Of a stretch of 64,000 nt of DNA, positions 1 through 9,456 are shown one piece after another (within the stretch, counting starts at the first letter, position 1; each line of letters begins with the position of its first letter). A program made the position numbers and the translations under genes. The DNA lies in the IMG/VR virus record IMGVR_UViG_3300003321_000657; one strand, 5' to 3'. The DNA comes from an uncultured virus (IMG/VR IMGVR_UViG_3300003321_000657) (taxonomy: Duplodnaviria; Heunggongvirae; Uroviricota; Caudoviricetes). The notes beneath the pieces are model-generated. The model made no database searches and was not told the DNA's origin. It saw only the letters and a list, made by a program, of their open reading frames with translations.

Positions 1-870
1 AAAAACGTTTCCGCTTAATCCTCCAGAGCCGCTCAAGCCACCGGCAGCAGATCCGATCAGGGTGTTTTGATTTCCAGTGGTTACATTGCTTCCGGCCAGA
101 GACCCGACGAAGGTGTTGTCTCCATTCGTCAGGATGGTTCCAGCCTGAAACCCGATCAAGGTATTGTTGTCCTGAGCTCCTCCGCTTGTAACCGTCAAAG
201 CGGCTCCAGCCTGACTTCCAACTATGGTATTCTGCTTAGAAGTTGAGACGAGCTTTCCCGCCTGATTGCCAACGAACGTATTGTCATTTCCGGTAGTGAG
301 AGCGTTTCCCGCACTGCCGCTTCCGAGGACGATATTACGCGACCCCTGTGTGCTCGCTCCGATCGATCCAGTGCCTTGGACTTGTATCGCAGCTCCGCTT
401 CCGACTATCATCGTGGCGGTTGTGTTCGTTCCGCTGGTGATAGTCGCGAACGAAGCTCCTCCACTGCCCGGATCTCCCTGCACAAACGCCTGCCCGAAAG
501 TGCAGGTCATTAGCGCATTCGGGTTGCCAGAACCTACACCCGTGATGCGGATGCGGTAGTTATCGCTGGCTGTACTGGAGAAGCTGAAGTTGTAGTGGAA
601 GTTGCTGCGCACACCACCGGGGATATTCCCAGTGTAGCTCTGCACGACCGTATTGGTCGTCGCATCGAACAGATCGATCGTGAAGTTAACGTCGATCGGA
701 GCGCCCATAAAGACATTGATGGCGATGTTTGAAATTTCACCGTTGGCCATGGTGAAATTGTTGCCGCTCACGGTGATATTCGTGTTGTTGATCAGTCCGG
801 CGATCGCCAAAGTCGTGGGCGAGCTGCCGACCACCGTCGTGCCGAAGTTGAGCAAGCCTGAACTAGACAT
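1..870 (-). CDS. Spike/fiber protein paralog 1 (truncated by window edge)
   Basis: Translated by hand from ATG 870: MSSSGLLNFGTTVVGSSPTT... The N-terminus is paralogous to 2135..4420 and is followed by NTxxGxxAG beta-roll repeats. Confidence 0.75.
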   Translation of the reverse strand, partial: MSSSGLLNFGTTVVGSSPTTLAIAGLINNTNITVSGNNFTMANGEISNIAINVFMGAPIDVNFTIDLFDATTNTVVQSYTGNIPGGVRSNFHYNFSFSSTASDNYRIRITGVGSGNPNALMTCTFGQAFVQGDPGSGGASFATITSGTNTTATMIVGSGAAIQVQGTGSIGASTQGSRNIVLGSGSAGNALTTGNDNTFVGNQAGKLVSTSKQNTIVGSQAGAALTVTSGGAQDNNTLIGFQAGTILTNGDNTFVGSLAGSNVTTGNQNTLIGSAAGGLSGSGGLSGNVF

Positions 871-888
871 ATTGCGTTACTCCCCTAC

Positions 889-1950
889 CTACAGTTGTGA
901 ATCCAAGGTGTAATGCCCGGTCAACTCATTGCTGTCGGTTCCGGCCGTAACCTTTACGCCGCAGCCGGAAAGACCAATGTTTTGCGATGTGACGGCTACG
1001 TTCGCTCCCGGTCCTGTCGTGTCTCGCCAATTGGCAGTGGTTCCGGCCGGTGTCAGTAGTGTCACGGTCGGCGTCTTTGGCTTGCGCTGTCGGTAACGGA
1101 TCGGAGTGACTGACGTGGTTCCGACCTGCATCGTCTGCACCGACCCTACCAGAGTGTTGGTCGCTGACGGCGTATCGATGTCGTACGACTTCTCGTAGAA
1201 GCGCTCCACTCTGGCCTGATCCTCCGCGGCCGAGAGCGGATACCATGCCGTACGCACGGCTCCGCCGATGTTGAGGTGGCACTCGCCCACATCGAATGTC
1301 TCATTGATCGCCATACTGTCTTCGATCATGATCGCGACGACCAGATTGCTGATACCGCTGCCCGGCATCGTGAACGACACATTCCACGTTCCGATGCTTG
1401 TCCCTGCGCTGGCGGCGCTGATGAGCGTTGTTCCAATGTAGGCCCAGTTGGCATTGAGACTCATCGGACTGGTCGTGAAGTCCGAGATCGGAGCGGTCAT
1501 GGCGTCCGCTGTGCCGGAGAAGTTCAGGAACGCCAAGCGGAACGCGCGCGCTGTCGAGAACTGAATATTGATCTGAAAGTTGACCGTCTGGTTGAGCAGT
1601 CCAAGCGTCACCAGATTCTCGATGCCCTGAAAGATGACCATGCGCCCGGCATTGGTGATCTTTTTGAAGCGGCCGCGGTTAGCCGAGATCCAGCCCGACA
1701 CGCCAGAGTTCGACACGCGCTGATACTGCATGCCAGCATTTTGCTGCGTCATCTTCCAGCAGTCGGCGCCGTAGCTGTTGTCGGAGATGGTGGTCAGCGT
1801 ACCCGGAGTCTGGAGCTGGGCGAAGTTGAAGCCGGGGTTACACAGCAGGTTCTGCTCTGGCCGTGCGCCAGCCGCGAGACTGGCGAGCGCGACGCTGCCG
1901 TCCACGATCTGACTTGAAGAGCTGATGTTGGCTGGCGGTTTACAGATCAT
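889..1950 (-). CDS. Putative spike/receptor-binding protein
   Basis: Beta-rich, with an NLLCNPGFNFAQ motif and a C-terminal RFYEKSY...IRYRQRKPKTPTVTL segment seen in phage fiber proteins. Start moved to ATG 1950 (MICKPPA) on SD spacing. Confidence 0.6.
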   Translation of the reverse strand: MICKPPANISSSSQIVDGSVALASLAAGARPEQNLLCNPGFNFAQLQTPGTLTTISDNSYGADCWKMTQQNAGMQYQRVSNSGVSGWISANRGRFKKITNAGRMVIFQGIENLVTLGLLNQTVNFQINIQFSTARAFRLAFLNFSGTADAMTAPISDFTTSPMSLNANWAYIGTTLISAASAGTSIGTWNVSFTMPGSGISNLVVAIMIEDSMAINETFDVGECHLNIGGAVRTAWYPLSAAEDQARVERFYEKSYDIDTPSATNTLVGSVQTMQVGTTSVTPIRYRQRKPKTPTVTLLTPAGTTANWRDTTGPGANVAVTSQNIGLSGCGVKVTAGTDSNELTGHYTLDSQL

Positions 1951-1971
1951 GTACGTCAATCTCCATCACAT

Positions 1972-2124
1972 CTAACTCACCTTGCGCTTCTTCTGTCGGC
2001 GGCTCTTGACCAGCACCTTAATTTCGCAAATCGTTTCCAAAAAACGATCAGGCACGATTCGCTTGGCTGCCAGATTAGCAGTGCAGACCGGTCCAGCATC
2101 CTGATTTCCGATCGTAATATTCAT
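1972..2124 (-). CDS. Small basic hypothetical protein (50 aa)
   Basis: Manual ORF MNITIGNQDAGPVC...RRQKKRKVS that fills the gap between spike genes. Confidence 0.45.
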   Translation of the reverse strand: MNITIGNQDAGPVCTANLAAKRIVPDRFLETICEIKVLVKSRRQKKRKVS

Positions 2125-2134
2125 TCTTCCCTCG

Positions 2135-4420
2135 TTACGGCATGTCCCACACGCGCATCCACGAGCCCTGAGAGATCGTCAGCGTTCCGGTGCTGTGCGT
2201 GTTCTGAGCGGCGCGCACAATGAATGTTCCATTGCTGCTGGCTGTGAATGTTCCGGTGATGAACTGCATACCGGAATTGTTGTAGGTCGCGATCGACTGC
2301 GCGGTGCTCAGTGCCGTGATTCTAGTGACGAACAGCGTGGTCGAATCGAAGGTAACGATCTGCCCTACGATCGCCGAGACCGTGGCGCTCCCGCCGTTCA
2401 AATCGAACTGCGCGCCGTCGCCCGCCGTGCTGTCAGCCGAGTACAAACAGATCTCAAACGAGTATGTACGCCCGTTGGTTACAGTTACCGAAAGCGCCGT
2501 ATTAGTGAAGCTGGCCGTCGCATTCGTGTACGGGCTGGACAGCCGCGAGAATCCGGCAGTCTGTATCCATCCAGCGGTCGTTCCGCCGTTGCCGGTGTTT
2601 GGCTGGATGACGCCTGCGGCCACGCGGTTGATGCCGGTGTCGCCGGAGCCGATAAAGAGGTCGTTGGTGGTGGCAGAGTTGATTGCCGTACTAGAACCGT
2701 TAATGATTAGCGATGTCGAAGATCCTTTGGTGCCAGTTACCGCTCCGATCACAATCGCATTACTCGTACTGCTGGCATTCGTATCGCAACCTTGTCCGAT
2801 AATCGTATTTGCTGCGCCAGTCGTCGTCGTTGCTCCAGCGCCCTGACCAACAAAAGTGTTGCCAGCTCCGGTTGCTGAGGCCCCGACAGCTTGTCCAACA
2901 AAGGTTGCGTTATTATTGATGGACATTGAGGTTCCGCTGCCAGCTCCTAAAATAGTAATTCCTGAGCCGCTTGTCACCGCTGTGCCCGATGATTTTCCAA
3001 CTATCGTAAGCCCGGTTGACGTAACGCTGGCATTTCCTGATAGAGCCCCGATCACTACGCCTTGATCTGGACAATTCGCGCTATGCCCAATGCATACGCA
3101 GTTTGTATGATTATTTGCTCCTAGATTTGAACTTGAGCCGATACAGACATTTTGTTGACCGGTTGTAGTAACTGCTCCGGCGCTCTTTCCCACGTAAGTA
3201 TTGTTTGCACCGGTTGCGGTACTTCCGGCAGCGGAACCAATGAAAGTACCATTCGCATTTCCGGCTATCGCGGCTCCGGCGCTATCTCCAACAATTGTTA
3301 CATCCGCACCGGTTGTGATCGCAGCGCCAGCACTATTTCCGATGCAGGTGAAACGGGCGGCTGTAGCGGCGCCTTTGCCAGCGGCATTTCCGATGACTGT
3401 GCCCCCTGTTGGAGCGACGGCGCTATTGCCGATTGCGACAGCATTGTTCGCCAGCGCTGCGCCGGTAGAAGACCCTTGTCCGATGATAACGTTGTTTCCG
3501 CCCTGCGTTAAGTTATTCGCAGCCGCGCCTCCGACAATTACGTTGCTGCCGCCTGAAGTCAGCGCTGTCCCAGATGCAGTGCCGATAAGAACATTGCTGG
3601 TGCCAGTCATGCCAGCGAGACCAGATCCCTGACCGATGGTAATTCCAGACGTTGCAGCCAGCGCCGATAGGCCAATACAGACACTGTTCGCCGTCGAAGT
3701 GGCCACTACGTCAGCGCTCTTGCCTACGATGGTGTTACCAGCTCCCGTGGTCAGTGTGGCTCCAGAGCTAGAACCTATGATGGTATTGTTCGCCCCAGTA
3801 GTCAGCGCCGCCACTGCATTACCTATAAACACTCCGTCCGTAGTTCCTACAACCAACGCCGCGGCCGGATTGTGACCCAGTACCGTACTGGAGTTGATAA
3901 CCGAGCTCTCGCCGAAGTTTCCTCCGACAGCCACGTTCATTGTGGCTCCGCTACCGACCGTCATGGTCGCTGTCGTGTTCGTTCCGGAGGTAATATTGGA
4001 AAAAGAGACACCGCCACCGGGATTCCCTTGCACAAACGCCTGTCCAAACGTACAGGTCATCAGCGCGTTCGGATTGCCGGAACCCACGCCGGTAATGCGG
4101 ATGCGGTAATTGTCACTCGCTGTGCTGGAGAAGCTGAAGTTGTAGTGAAAGTTACTGCGCACGCCACCCGGGATATTCCCGGTGTAGCTTTGCACGACCG
4201 TGTTGGTGGTTGCGTCGAACAGGTCGATCGTGAAGTTGACGTCGATCGGAGCGCCAAGGTAGAGATCGACGGCAAGGTTGCACACTTCCGAATTCGTGAA
4301 CGTGATGTTGTTGCCGCTCACGCTGACATTCGTGTTGTTCAGAATGCCGCTAATTCCAATGGTCGTGGGCGTGGAGCCGACGATCGTAGTGCTTAGATTC
4401 AGTAGGCCAGCGTTTGCCAT
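2135..4420 (-). CDS. Spike/fiber protein paralog 2 with YadA-head-like Gly/Asn repeats (761 aa)
   Basis: Many NT/NVxxGxxAG repeats typical of trimeric beta-roll adhesins, and a distinct C-terminal beta domain. Confidence 0.75.
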   Translation of the reverse strand: MANAGLLNLSTTIVGSTPTTIGISGILNNTNVSVSGNNITFTNSEVCNLAVDLYLGAPIDVNFTIDLFDATTNTVVQSYTGNIPGGVRSNFHYNFSFSSTASDNYRIRITGVGSGNPNALMTCTFGQAFVQGNPGGGVSFSNITSGTNTTATMTVGSGATMNVAVGGNFGESSVINSSTVLGHNPAAALVVGTTDGVFIGNAVAALTTGANNTIIGSSSGATLTTGAGNTIVGKSADVVATSTANSVCIGLSALAATSGITIGQGSGLAGMTGTSNVLIGTASGTALTSGGSNVIVGGAAANNLTQGGNNVIIGQGSSTGAALANNAVAIGNSAVAPTGGTVIGNAAGKGAATAARFTCIGNSAGAAITTGADVTIVGDSAGAAIAGNANGTFIGSAAGSTATGANNTYVGKSAGAVTTTGQQNVCIGSSSNLGANNHTNCVCIGHSANCPDQGVVIGALSGNASVTSTGLTIVGKSSGTAVTSGSGITILGAGSGTSMSINNNATFVGQAVGASATGAGNTFVGQGAGATTTTGAANTIIGQGCDTNASSTSNAIVIGAVTGTKGSSTSLIINGSSTAINSATTNDLFIGSGDTGINRVAAGVIQPNTGNGGTTAGWIQTAGFSRLSSPYTNATASFTNTALSVTVTNGRTYSFEICLYSADSTAGDGAQFDLNGGSATVSAIVGQIVTFDSTTLFVTRITALSTAQSIATYNNSGMQFITGTFTASSNGTFIVRAAQNTHSTGTLTISQGSWMRVWDMP

Positions 4421-4423
4421 TGT

Positions 4424-4822
4424 TTACCCCGGCCTGATCTCGGCCCACAGATGTCCGTTCGCGCTCAGCAGCTTGTCGGTGAAGTATCCGTCCACCGGAG
4501 AAGTGAAATCATAGATCTGCACACCAGTCTTCTCGTCAGGATACTGTTTCGTGACCTTGGCGTACTTATACGCTCCATTCTTTGTCTGTACGCGGAGCTG
4601 GGTCTTGGTCGACAGCTTCTCACCCTTGGCAACCTTGGGCTGAGCCAGCACGATCAACTTCTGGCCGGGTTTGCTTTTATCCACGGCCGCAGTCGGTTGC
4701 GCTGGCGGCAACAGGCGTCGAGAAGTCCAGAATTTGTAGGCGATGTAGCCCACGACGGCTACAGTCACAAGGCCGAGACTCCCGCTAATCCATACCGTCG
4801 TCGCGCTGCTCTTACTGGCCAC
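4424..4822 (-). CDS. Single-pass membrane protein
   Basis: N-terminal hydrophobic helix ending GYIAYKFW. Confidence 0.6.
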   Translation of the reverse strand: MASKSSATTVWISGSLGLVTVAVVGYIAYKFWTSRRLLPPAQPTAAVDKSKPGQKLIVLAQPKVAKGEKLSTKTQLRVQTKNGAYKYAKVTKQYPDEKTGVQIYDFTSPVDGYFTDKLLSANGHLWAEIRPG

Positions 4823-5180
4823 TGGGTTTCTCCTGCCAGAATTCGCATGTGCTCGTGATTTGAACGGTCTTATTCACCTTCTGATGCGTGCAATGCCCGC
4901 TGACGCAGTTGGTCGACTGGAAAAACACACAGGATCGACACTCCTTCTTAACCACCACGGCCGCGCGCTCGCCTGAGTCGTGCTCCTTCGCCTTTACGAT
5001 CTCGGCGCTGAGCTGGCGACGTACGCTCTCGTTGCGCTTGACCTCCTGTTGTAGGGATTCAGCGGTGGCCTGAGTGATCACGGTCGAGAGCTCGTGCGCA
5101 GCACAGGCCGATGCCAAGGCGCTACGAGCCGCCTTGCGCTCGCTAGTCCGGAATAGGAAATCAAAAAGTGAAGTGCTCAC
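4812..5180 (-). CDS. Hypothetical protein with C-terminal Cys cluster
   Basis: Coiled-coil followed by CRSC...C...HC...C; overlaps the upstream stop. Confidence 0.55.
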   Translation of the reverse strand: MSTSLFDFLFRTSERKAARSALASACAAHELSTVITQATAESLQQEVKRNESVRRQLSAEIVKAKEHDSGERAAVVVKKECRSCVFFQSTNCVSGHCTHQKVNKTVQITSTCEFWQEKPSGQ

Positions 5181-5506
5181 CGTTGTCCTCCTCTCCCGCC
5201 GCCGCGGCCAAAAAATTCATCCCTTTGCTGCATGTACGCCAAGTGCTGCTGCTGCGCCTTGGTTAACTCTGAGATCGCTCCCTTTAAGCTCTCCATCGTT
5301 TCGACCGATGTCTGCTGAATCGCGGTCGATTCTGTCAGAGCCTTGGTTACTTCCTTGGTCGAGTCGTTCTGGTCCTTCACAGTTTTTCGCACGAACACAA
5401 CAAGTAATGCGATGAACAAGAGCAGCAAGAAAACGATTAAAGCTAGAAGACCACCTTTCTGGTACACAGTTAGCCCGTCGTCGATGATGCCTTCCAGTAG
5501 AAGCAT
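5177..5506 (-). CDS. Holin-like single-TM coiled-coil protein
   Basis: One long TM helix followed by an amphipathic coiled-coil, a BhlA-type layout. Confidence 0.45.
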   Translation of the reverse strand: MLLLEGIIDDGLTVYQKGGLLALIVFLLLLFIALLVVFVRKTVKDQNDSTKEVTKALTESTAIQQTSVETMESLKGAISELTKAQQQHLAYMQQRDEFFGRGGGRGGQR

Positions 5507-5538
5507 GAGTCACCTATCACCAGAGAACACCCTTGGTC

Positions 5539-5739
5539 TTACACGAAACGGCTTGGTACGTTCACCTTCACCGGCCGCGGCTTCTTTGCATTCGGATCGT
5601 TCACATCCACAGTGGTCGATTGCGTGCCCATGTCGCCTTCGCCCAGCCGCTTCTGCACGTACATGCGGTAGACGACGTAAGCGGCAACGGCTACGCCGCC
5701 AAAGATGAGCACGCTCGTGACCCAGCTCTTGTTTTTCAT
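5539..5739 (-). CDS. Small membrane protein
   Basis: MKNKSW + TM helix + AYVVYR. Confidence 0.6.
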   Translation of the reverse strand: MKNKSWVTSVLIFGGVAVAAYVVYRMYVQKRLGEGDMGTQSTTVDVNDPNAKKPRPVKVNVPSRFV

Positions 5740-7439
5740 CCGAACTGCACCTCAGTCATGGAGTCGGCGAACTGCGCCATGATCGCGTCCTGATCCTGCG
5801 TCGGAATGCCGCCCGGGTTTTGTTCATCCGGCGCGCTCATGATAATCTGGCTGGGCGGAGCGCCCTGCGACACGACCTGTTGCTGCGGCATGCGCACGCC
5901 CTGCGACGCGGCCACGACCTGATCGCCCGGCGTCGGACCGGCCTGAATGGCGCCAGCAGGCGCGACTGGGTACACGGGCGACTCACTGACGGCGATATCG
6001 GCAAAAGGATCGCTGCCGGTATCCATCGCGCCCGGTGGCAGTGTCTGGACGTCGGAGCTGAACGCTTCCGAGTAGAACACCGGACCCTGACTGACGGAGA
6101 TGTCGGTCGGAATAAAGTCTCCGCCTCCGCCGCCAAAGTCGCTTCCCTGAGAATATCCGGGCGGGATCGCGGCTACGTCGCCGTATGGGTCTGTCGGTGA
6201 AGGCATACCAGCATATGCGGCTGGCATGTTCGGATCGTAGACTGACGCGCCTCCACCCGGAGCGTACGGAAGCGGAGCCAGCGCCTGACCCGGACCGACT
6301 TCGTACGGGACGGCGGGCATGCCGTATTCCTGATTGATCGGAGCGGTCGATATCGCCGGACCGTAAGCCGGATCGTACGGCGGAGGCAGCGGAGCCGCGT
6401 TGGTCGGCACACACTGGCCGCTGGACGGGTCGAGCGCATATCCGGGCGGGCAGCCTTGGCCGGGAAGTCCCGGAATGCCGCCGCCAGCGAGCTGCTGGAG
6501 GAGCTGCATGATCTCAGCTTCCATTTGCTGGTTCTGCTGATTCATCTGCATGATCAGCATCACGATCATCATCATCGACTGCTGCTGTTGCTGGTTGGCG
6601 TAGTACATCACGCACGCCGGTCGCGTCGAATTTGGGTTGCAGTTCTTGGGCGGAGTGCCCTTGGACGTCTGCATCATCTCCATGATGAGAAGCATGTTCG
6701 GGTCCATGCCGCCCGAACCGCCGCCCATGGCCATCATCATGGCCGGGTCCATGTTTCCGCCGCTCATCGCCATCATCATGGCTGGGTCAATGCCGCCAGA
6801 CGGAGCCGGGTTGGTCGGTAGTCCGGTCGTAGGATCGATCGCGGCCACGGTCACGCCGGGATCATCGCCCAGACCCAGCAGGCTGCCGAGGAAGCCGAAG
6901 AGACCCTTGAGCTTTTTGCCCTTACGCGCTGCGATCTTGGCGCGCAAATCTGCTTTCTTCTTCTCCAGCGACGCCTTCTTGGCCTTCTGCTTGGCCAGTA
7001 CATCATTCGCCCACGCCTTGACCTGCGCACTTGCGGCCTGATTGGGAGCCGTGCCGCCGCCCTTCTTATGATCGGCGCGCTTGGCTGCCGCGGCCTGCTG
7101 CGCGGCCACGCGCTTCTGCACCTGCTCCTGCTGCTTTTGCAGGTGTGCAGCCTGATTGGCGGCGACGGCAGCCTTGTGTTCCTCCTGCTTGGCGACGCGC
7201 TGCGCCTGCACCGCAGCCTGATGCTGCTGGCGAGCCGCCAATTGCTCGGCATGCTTCTGGGCCGCTGCCGCCTTGCGCGCGGCCGCTTCGGCGTCGCGCT
7301 GAGCCTTGGTCTTGGCGGCTGCAAGCGCTCCCAAGCGCAGGCTGCCCATGCCGCTCAAGGCGAGCGGGTAGGCTCCCGGAATTGAGTAAGCCTGATCGCT
7401 GTTCATGGCCGTTCCCGGATTTTCGCTGACACAGTGCAT
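5736..7439 (-). CDS. Low-complexity putative virion protein (567 aa)
   Basis: Ala/Lys/Gln coiled-coil, DPAMMMAM repeats and a Pro-rich tail; contains LSGMG and LLGLGD. Confidence 0.65.
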   Translation of the reverse strand: MHCVSENPGTAMNSDQAYSIPGAYPLALSGMGSLRLGALAAAKTKAQRDAEAAARKAAAAQKHAEQLAARQQHQAAVQAQRVAKQEEHKAAVAANQAAHLQKQQEQVQKRVAAQQAAAAKRADHKKGGGTAPNQAASAQVKAWANDVLAKQKAKKASLEKKKADLRAKIAARKGKKLKGLFGFLGSLLGLGDDPGVTVAAIDPTTGLPTNPAPSGGIDPAMMMAMSGGNMDPAMMMAMGGGSGGMDPNMLLIMEMMQTSKGTPPKNCNPNSTRPACVMYYANQQQQQSMMMIVMLIMQMNQQNQQMEAEIMQLLQQLAGGGIPGLPGQGCPPGYALDPSSGQCVPTNAAPLPPPYDPAYGPAISTAPINQEYGMPAVPYEVGPGQALAPLPYAPGGGASVYDPNMPAAYAGMPSPTDPYGDVAAIPPGYSQGSDFGGGGGDFIPTDISVSQGPVFYSEAFSSDVQTLPPGAMDTGSDPFADIAVSESPVYPVAPAGAIQAGPTPGDQVVAASQGVRMPQQQVVSQGAPPSQIIMSAPDEQNPGGIPTQDQDAIMAQFADSMTEVQFG

Positions 7440-7467
7440 GGTCTTCTCCTTTTACGGAAACGTTTCC

Positions 7468-7719
7468 TTATTTCTTCTTCTTGAACAGCAACCACATGGC
7501 TGCGCCGATCGCAGCCCAGACTGCGATACTCTTCAACTCGTCTTTGTCTGACGGCGTCCCGGCCAGCCCGTGACCGAAAGCGTAGAACTCGTTGGCCGGG
7601 TGCTGGAATGAGTCATCCCAGACGGCGGCGTGGTTGGCGACGTCGGCAACGAGGTCATACACGGGACCGCCATCGCCACCGCCGATGTCATCCAAGATCA
7701 TCTCATCAGTGGTCTTCAT
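7468..7719 (-). CDS. Small protein with C-terminal TM and Lys tail
   Basis: Ends IAVWAAIGAAMWLLFKKKK. Confidence 0.65.
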   Translation of the reverse strand: MKTTDEMILDDIGGGDGGPVYDLVADVANHAAVWDDSFQHPANEFYAFGHGLAGTPSDKDELKSIAVWAAIGAAMWLLFKKKK

Positions 7720-8354
7720 CGCCGTCCCTTTCTAATCACGCCATAGATCACGAATCCGAACAGTCCGATTGCCGCCGCGCCCATCAGCCACGGCACGACC
7801 TTGGTCGCATCTGTGCGCGGCGGCGTCGACATAGCCGCATTCCTCTGGCGGATCTGATCGATCTTCGTCTGCGCCGCCTGCAAGCGCGCGTTCTGGTTGG
7901 CGCTCATCAATGGCGAGTACGCGTTAAACCCAGCCGCCAGCGATTTAAAGAAGTCGCCAACCGTAGCATCGCCAGTTCCGGTCGGCAGACTCAGGCTCAC
8001 AGTCGCCATGGGCGCACTGGGATTCTTGGTGAATCCGAAGCCGAGACCCATGATGTACTTCACATTCCGCACGGCTTTGTCGAGCTCCTCGGCCGCGTAG
8101 ATATTCGAACCGAGACGGCGCACTTCCGCGTTGATGGTATTGTCCGACATAACCGGAACCTGCGACGGATCGTCGTAGCGCTGGATGGCGTAGCCGTCAC
8201 GGCTCAGTGCAGCCAGAAACATCGCCAGCTTGCGGTAGTCGTCGTCATTCAAGCCCGTGGCGATCTTGACGTACGCCGGAATCGCCGCCCAGATCGCCTG
8301 CGCGGCATCCGATGGAGTCAACGTCACGACCGCGCTCAGCATTGCCAGCCTCAT
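7716..8354 (-). CDS. Putative virion membrane protein, C-terminal TM
   Basis: Start at MRLAMLS (ATGA overlap); ends with TM + RKGRR. Confidence 0.65.
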   Translation of the reverse strand: MRLAMLSAVVTLTPSDAAQAIWAAIPAYVKIATGLNDDDYRKLAMFLAALSRDGYAIQRYDDPSQVPVMSDNTINAEVRRLGSNIYAAEELDKAVRNVKYIMGLGFGFTKNPSAPMATVSLSLPTGTGDATVGDFFKSLAAGFNAYSPLMSANQNARLQAAQTKIDQIRQRNAAMSTPPRTDATKVVPWLMGAAAIGLFGFVIYGVIRKGRR

Positions 8355-8950
8355 CGCCGCCCCCTTCTGCGCAGACTGTAGCGCACGCGGGCGCGAGCGC
8401 GCCGTGTGGCGCGACGGCCTTTGGGAGAGAGTACGGCGTAAGCGGTCACGCCCGTGAGTCCGATGATCCCGAATAAGATCGCGGTCTGACCCCACGGAAA
8501 CTCTGGCTGCTGGACCTGCGGCAGCTTAGTGGCCTGTGTGACCGGACGTCTCACGTTCTGCGCCTGCTGGATGGCTCCGTACGCCTGAATCACCTGCGGC
8601 GCTGCGCCGGTAACGCCGCGGACGGCTTCTGCGATCATGGTCAGCGGACCGATGCCAGCAGGCTTGGCCCTCGGACACTGATCGATGCTATCGACGATAA
8701 GATCCTGATTCGGAGCCGGGCAGCGCACTTTTGCAGCCGCCACCTTGGTCTCGCCGCCAGTAAAGAGATTCTTGATACTGGTCACAAGATCGACAGACTC
8801 ACCGGCCGGAGCTGGACCGTTTGGACTGCCGGGCGGGTTATACTGCGTGATCGAAAGCGTGCTGCTGCCACCGCCGCCACCATCAGGCGGAGCCATGACG
8901 GCTGCCGGACCGGCGCCCATGCCATAGAAACCCTTCATTGGTCGCAGCAT
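8351..8950 (-). CDS. Putative virion membrane protein, TM + Arg-rich tail
   Basis: FYGMG motif near the N-terminus; TM followed by RRATRRARAR... Confidence 0.65.
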   Translation of the reverse strand: MLRPMKGFYGMGAGPAAVMAPPDGGGGGSSTLSITQYNPPGSPNGPAPAGESVDLVTSIKNLFTGGETKVAAAKVRCPAPNQDLIVDSIDQCPRAKPAGIGPLTMIAEAVRGVTGAAPQVIQAYGAIQQAQNVRRPVTQATKLPQVQQPEFPWGQTAILFGIIGLTGVTAYAVLSPKGRRATRRARARVRYSLRRRGRR

Positions 8951-8951
8951 G

Positions 8952-9158
8952 TCACTTCCCCTTGAAGTACATCATCGTCCCAAACGCCAGCAACGTAATT
9001 CCAAGCCACAGCTTCCAGTCTTCGTTCTTTACTACGATCGCAGGCGGCAGCGCGGACGCTGGCGCGCTGAAGACTGGCGTGGTCGCCAGCTTCTCCCACT
9101 GCTGGATCTGCTCGGTGGAAATCACACCGGGCATGGAGACCGGAGCACCCAGTCGCAT
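8952..9158 (-). CDS. Small C-terminal TM protein
   Basis: Ends WKLWLGITLLAFGTMMYFKGK. Confidence 0.6.
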   Translation of the reverse strand: MRLGAPVSMPGVISTEQIQQWEKLATTPVFSAPASALPPAIVVKNEDWKLWLGITLLAFGTMMYFKGK

Positions 9159-9445
9159 CAGCGCCGCTTTCCCTTCTTATGGATGAAGTAGTAGTAGCCA
9201 GCGCCCAAGAGCGCCGCTCCGCCGATCCATAGCCACATTTGCTGTCCGCGGCTGGCCGAAGGTCCGGGTCCGCCGCCAGTGGCTTGGCTGCCCGGCATCG
9301 GCTGGCCAGTCTTGATCGACTGCACCGCCTGAGCCGTGGTCGTAGCCGCGCTGGCAATCGAACCCGTGATGTCTTTCACGGTGTCGCTGATCGACTTCTG
9401 GGACGTCTCAGCGGCCAGAGCCTGAAGTCCGCAAATTCCTCGCAT
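9158..9445 (-). CDS. Small C-terminal TM protein
   Basis: Start MRGICGL with SD; ends WLWIGGAALLGAGYYYFIHKKGKRR. Confidence 0.6.
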   Translation of the reverse strand: MRGICGLQALAAETSQKSISDTVKDITGSIASAATTTAQAVQSIKTGQPMPGSQATGGGPGPSASRGQQMWLWIGGAALLGAGYYYFIHKKGKRR

Positions 9446-9456
9446 GTTTGTTCTCC

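Noticed and set aside
400..4260. Repeat pair in the spike genes as a DGR template/variable region
   Set aside because: Differences are mostly synonymous and not adenine-specific, both copies are coding, and no reverse transcriptase was seen.
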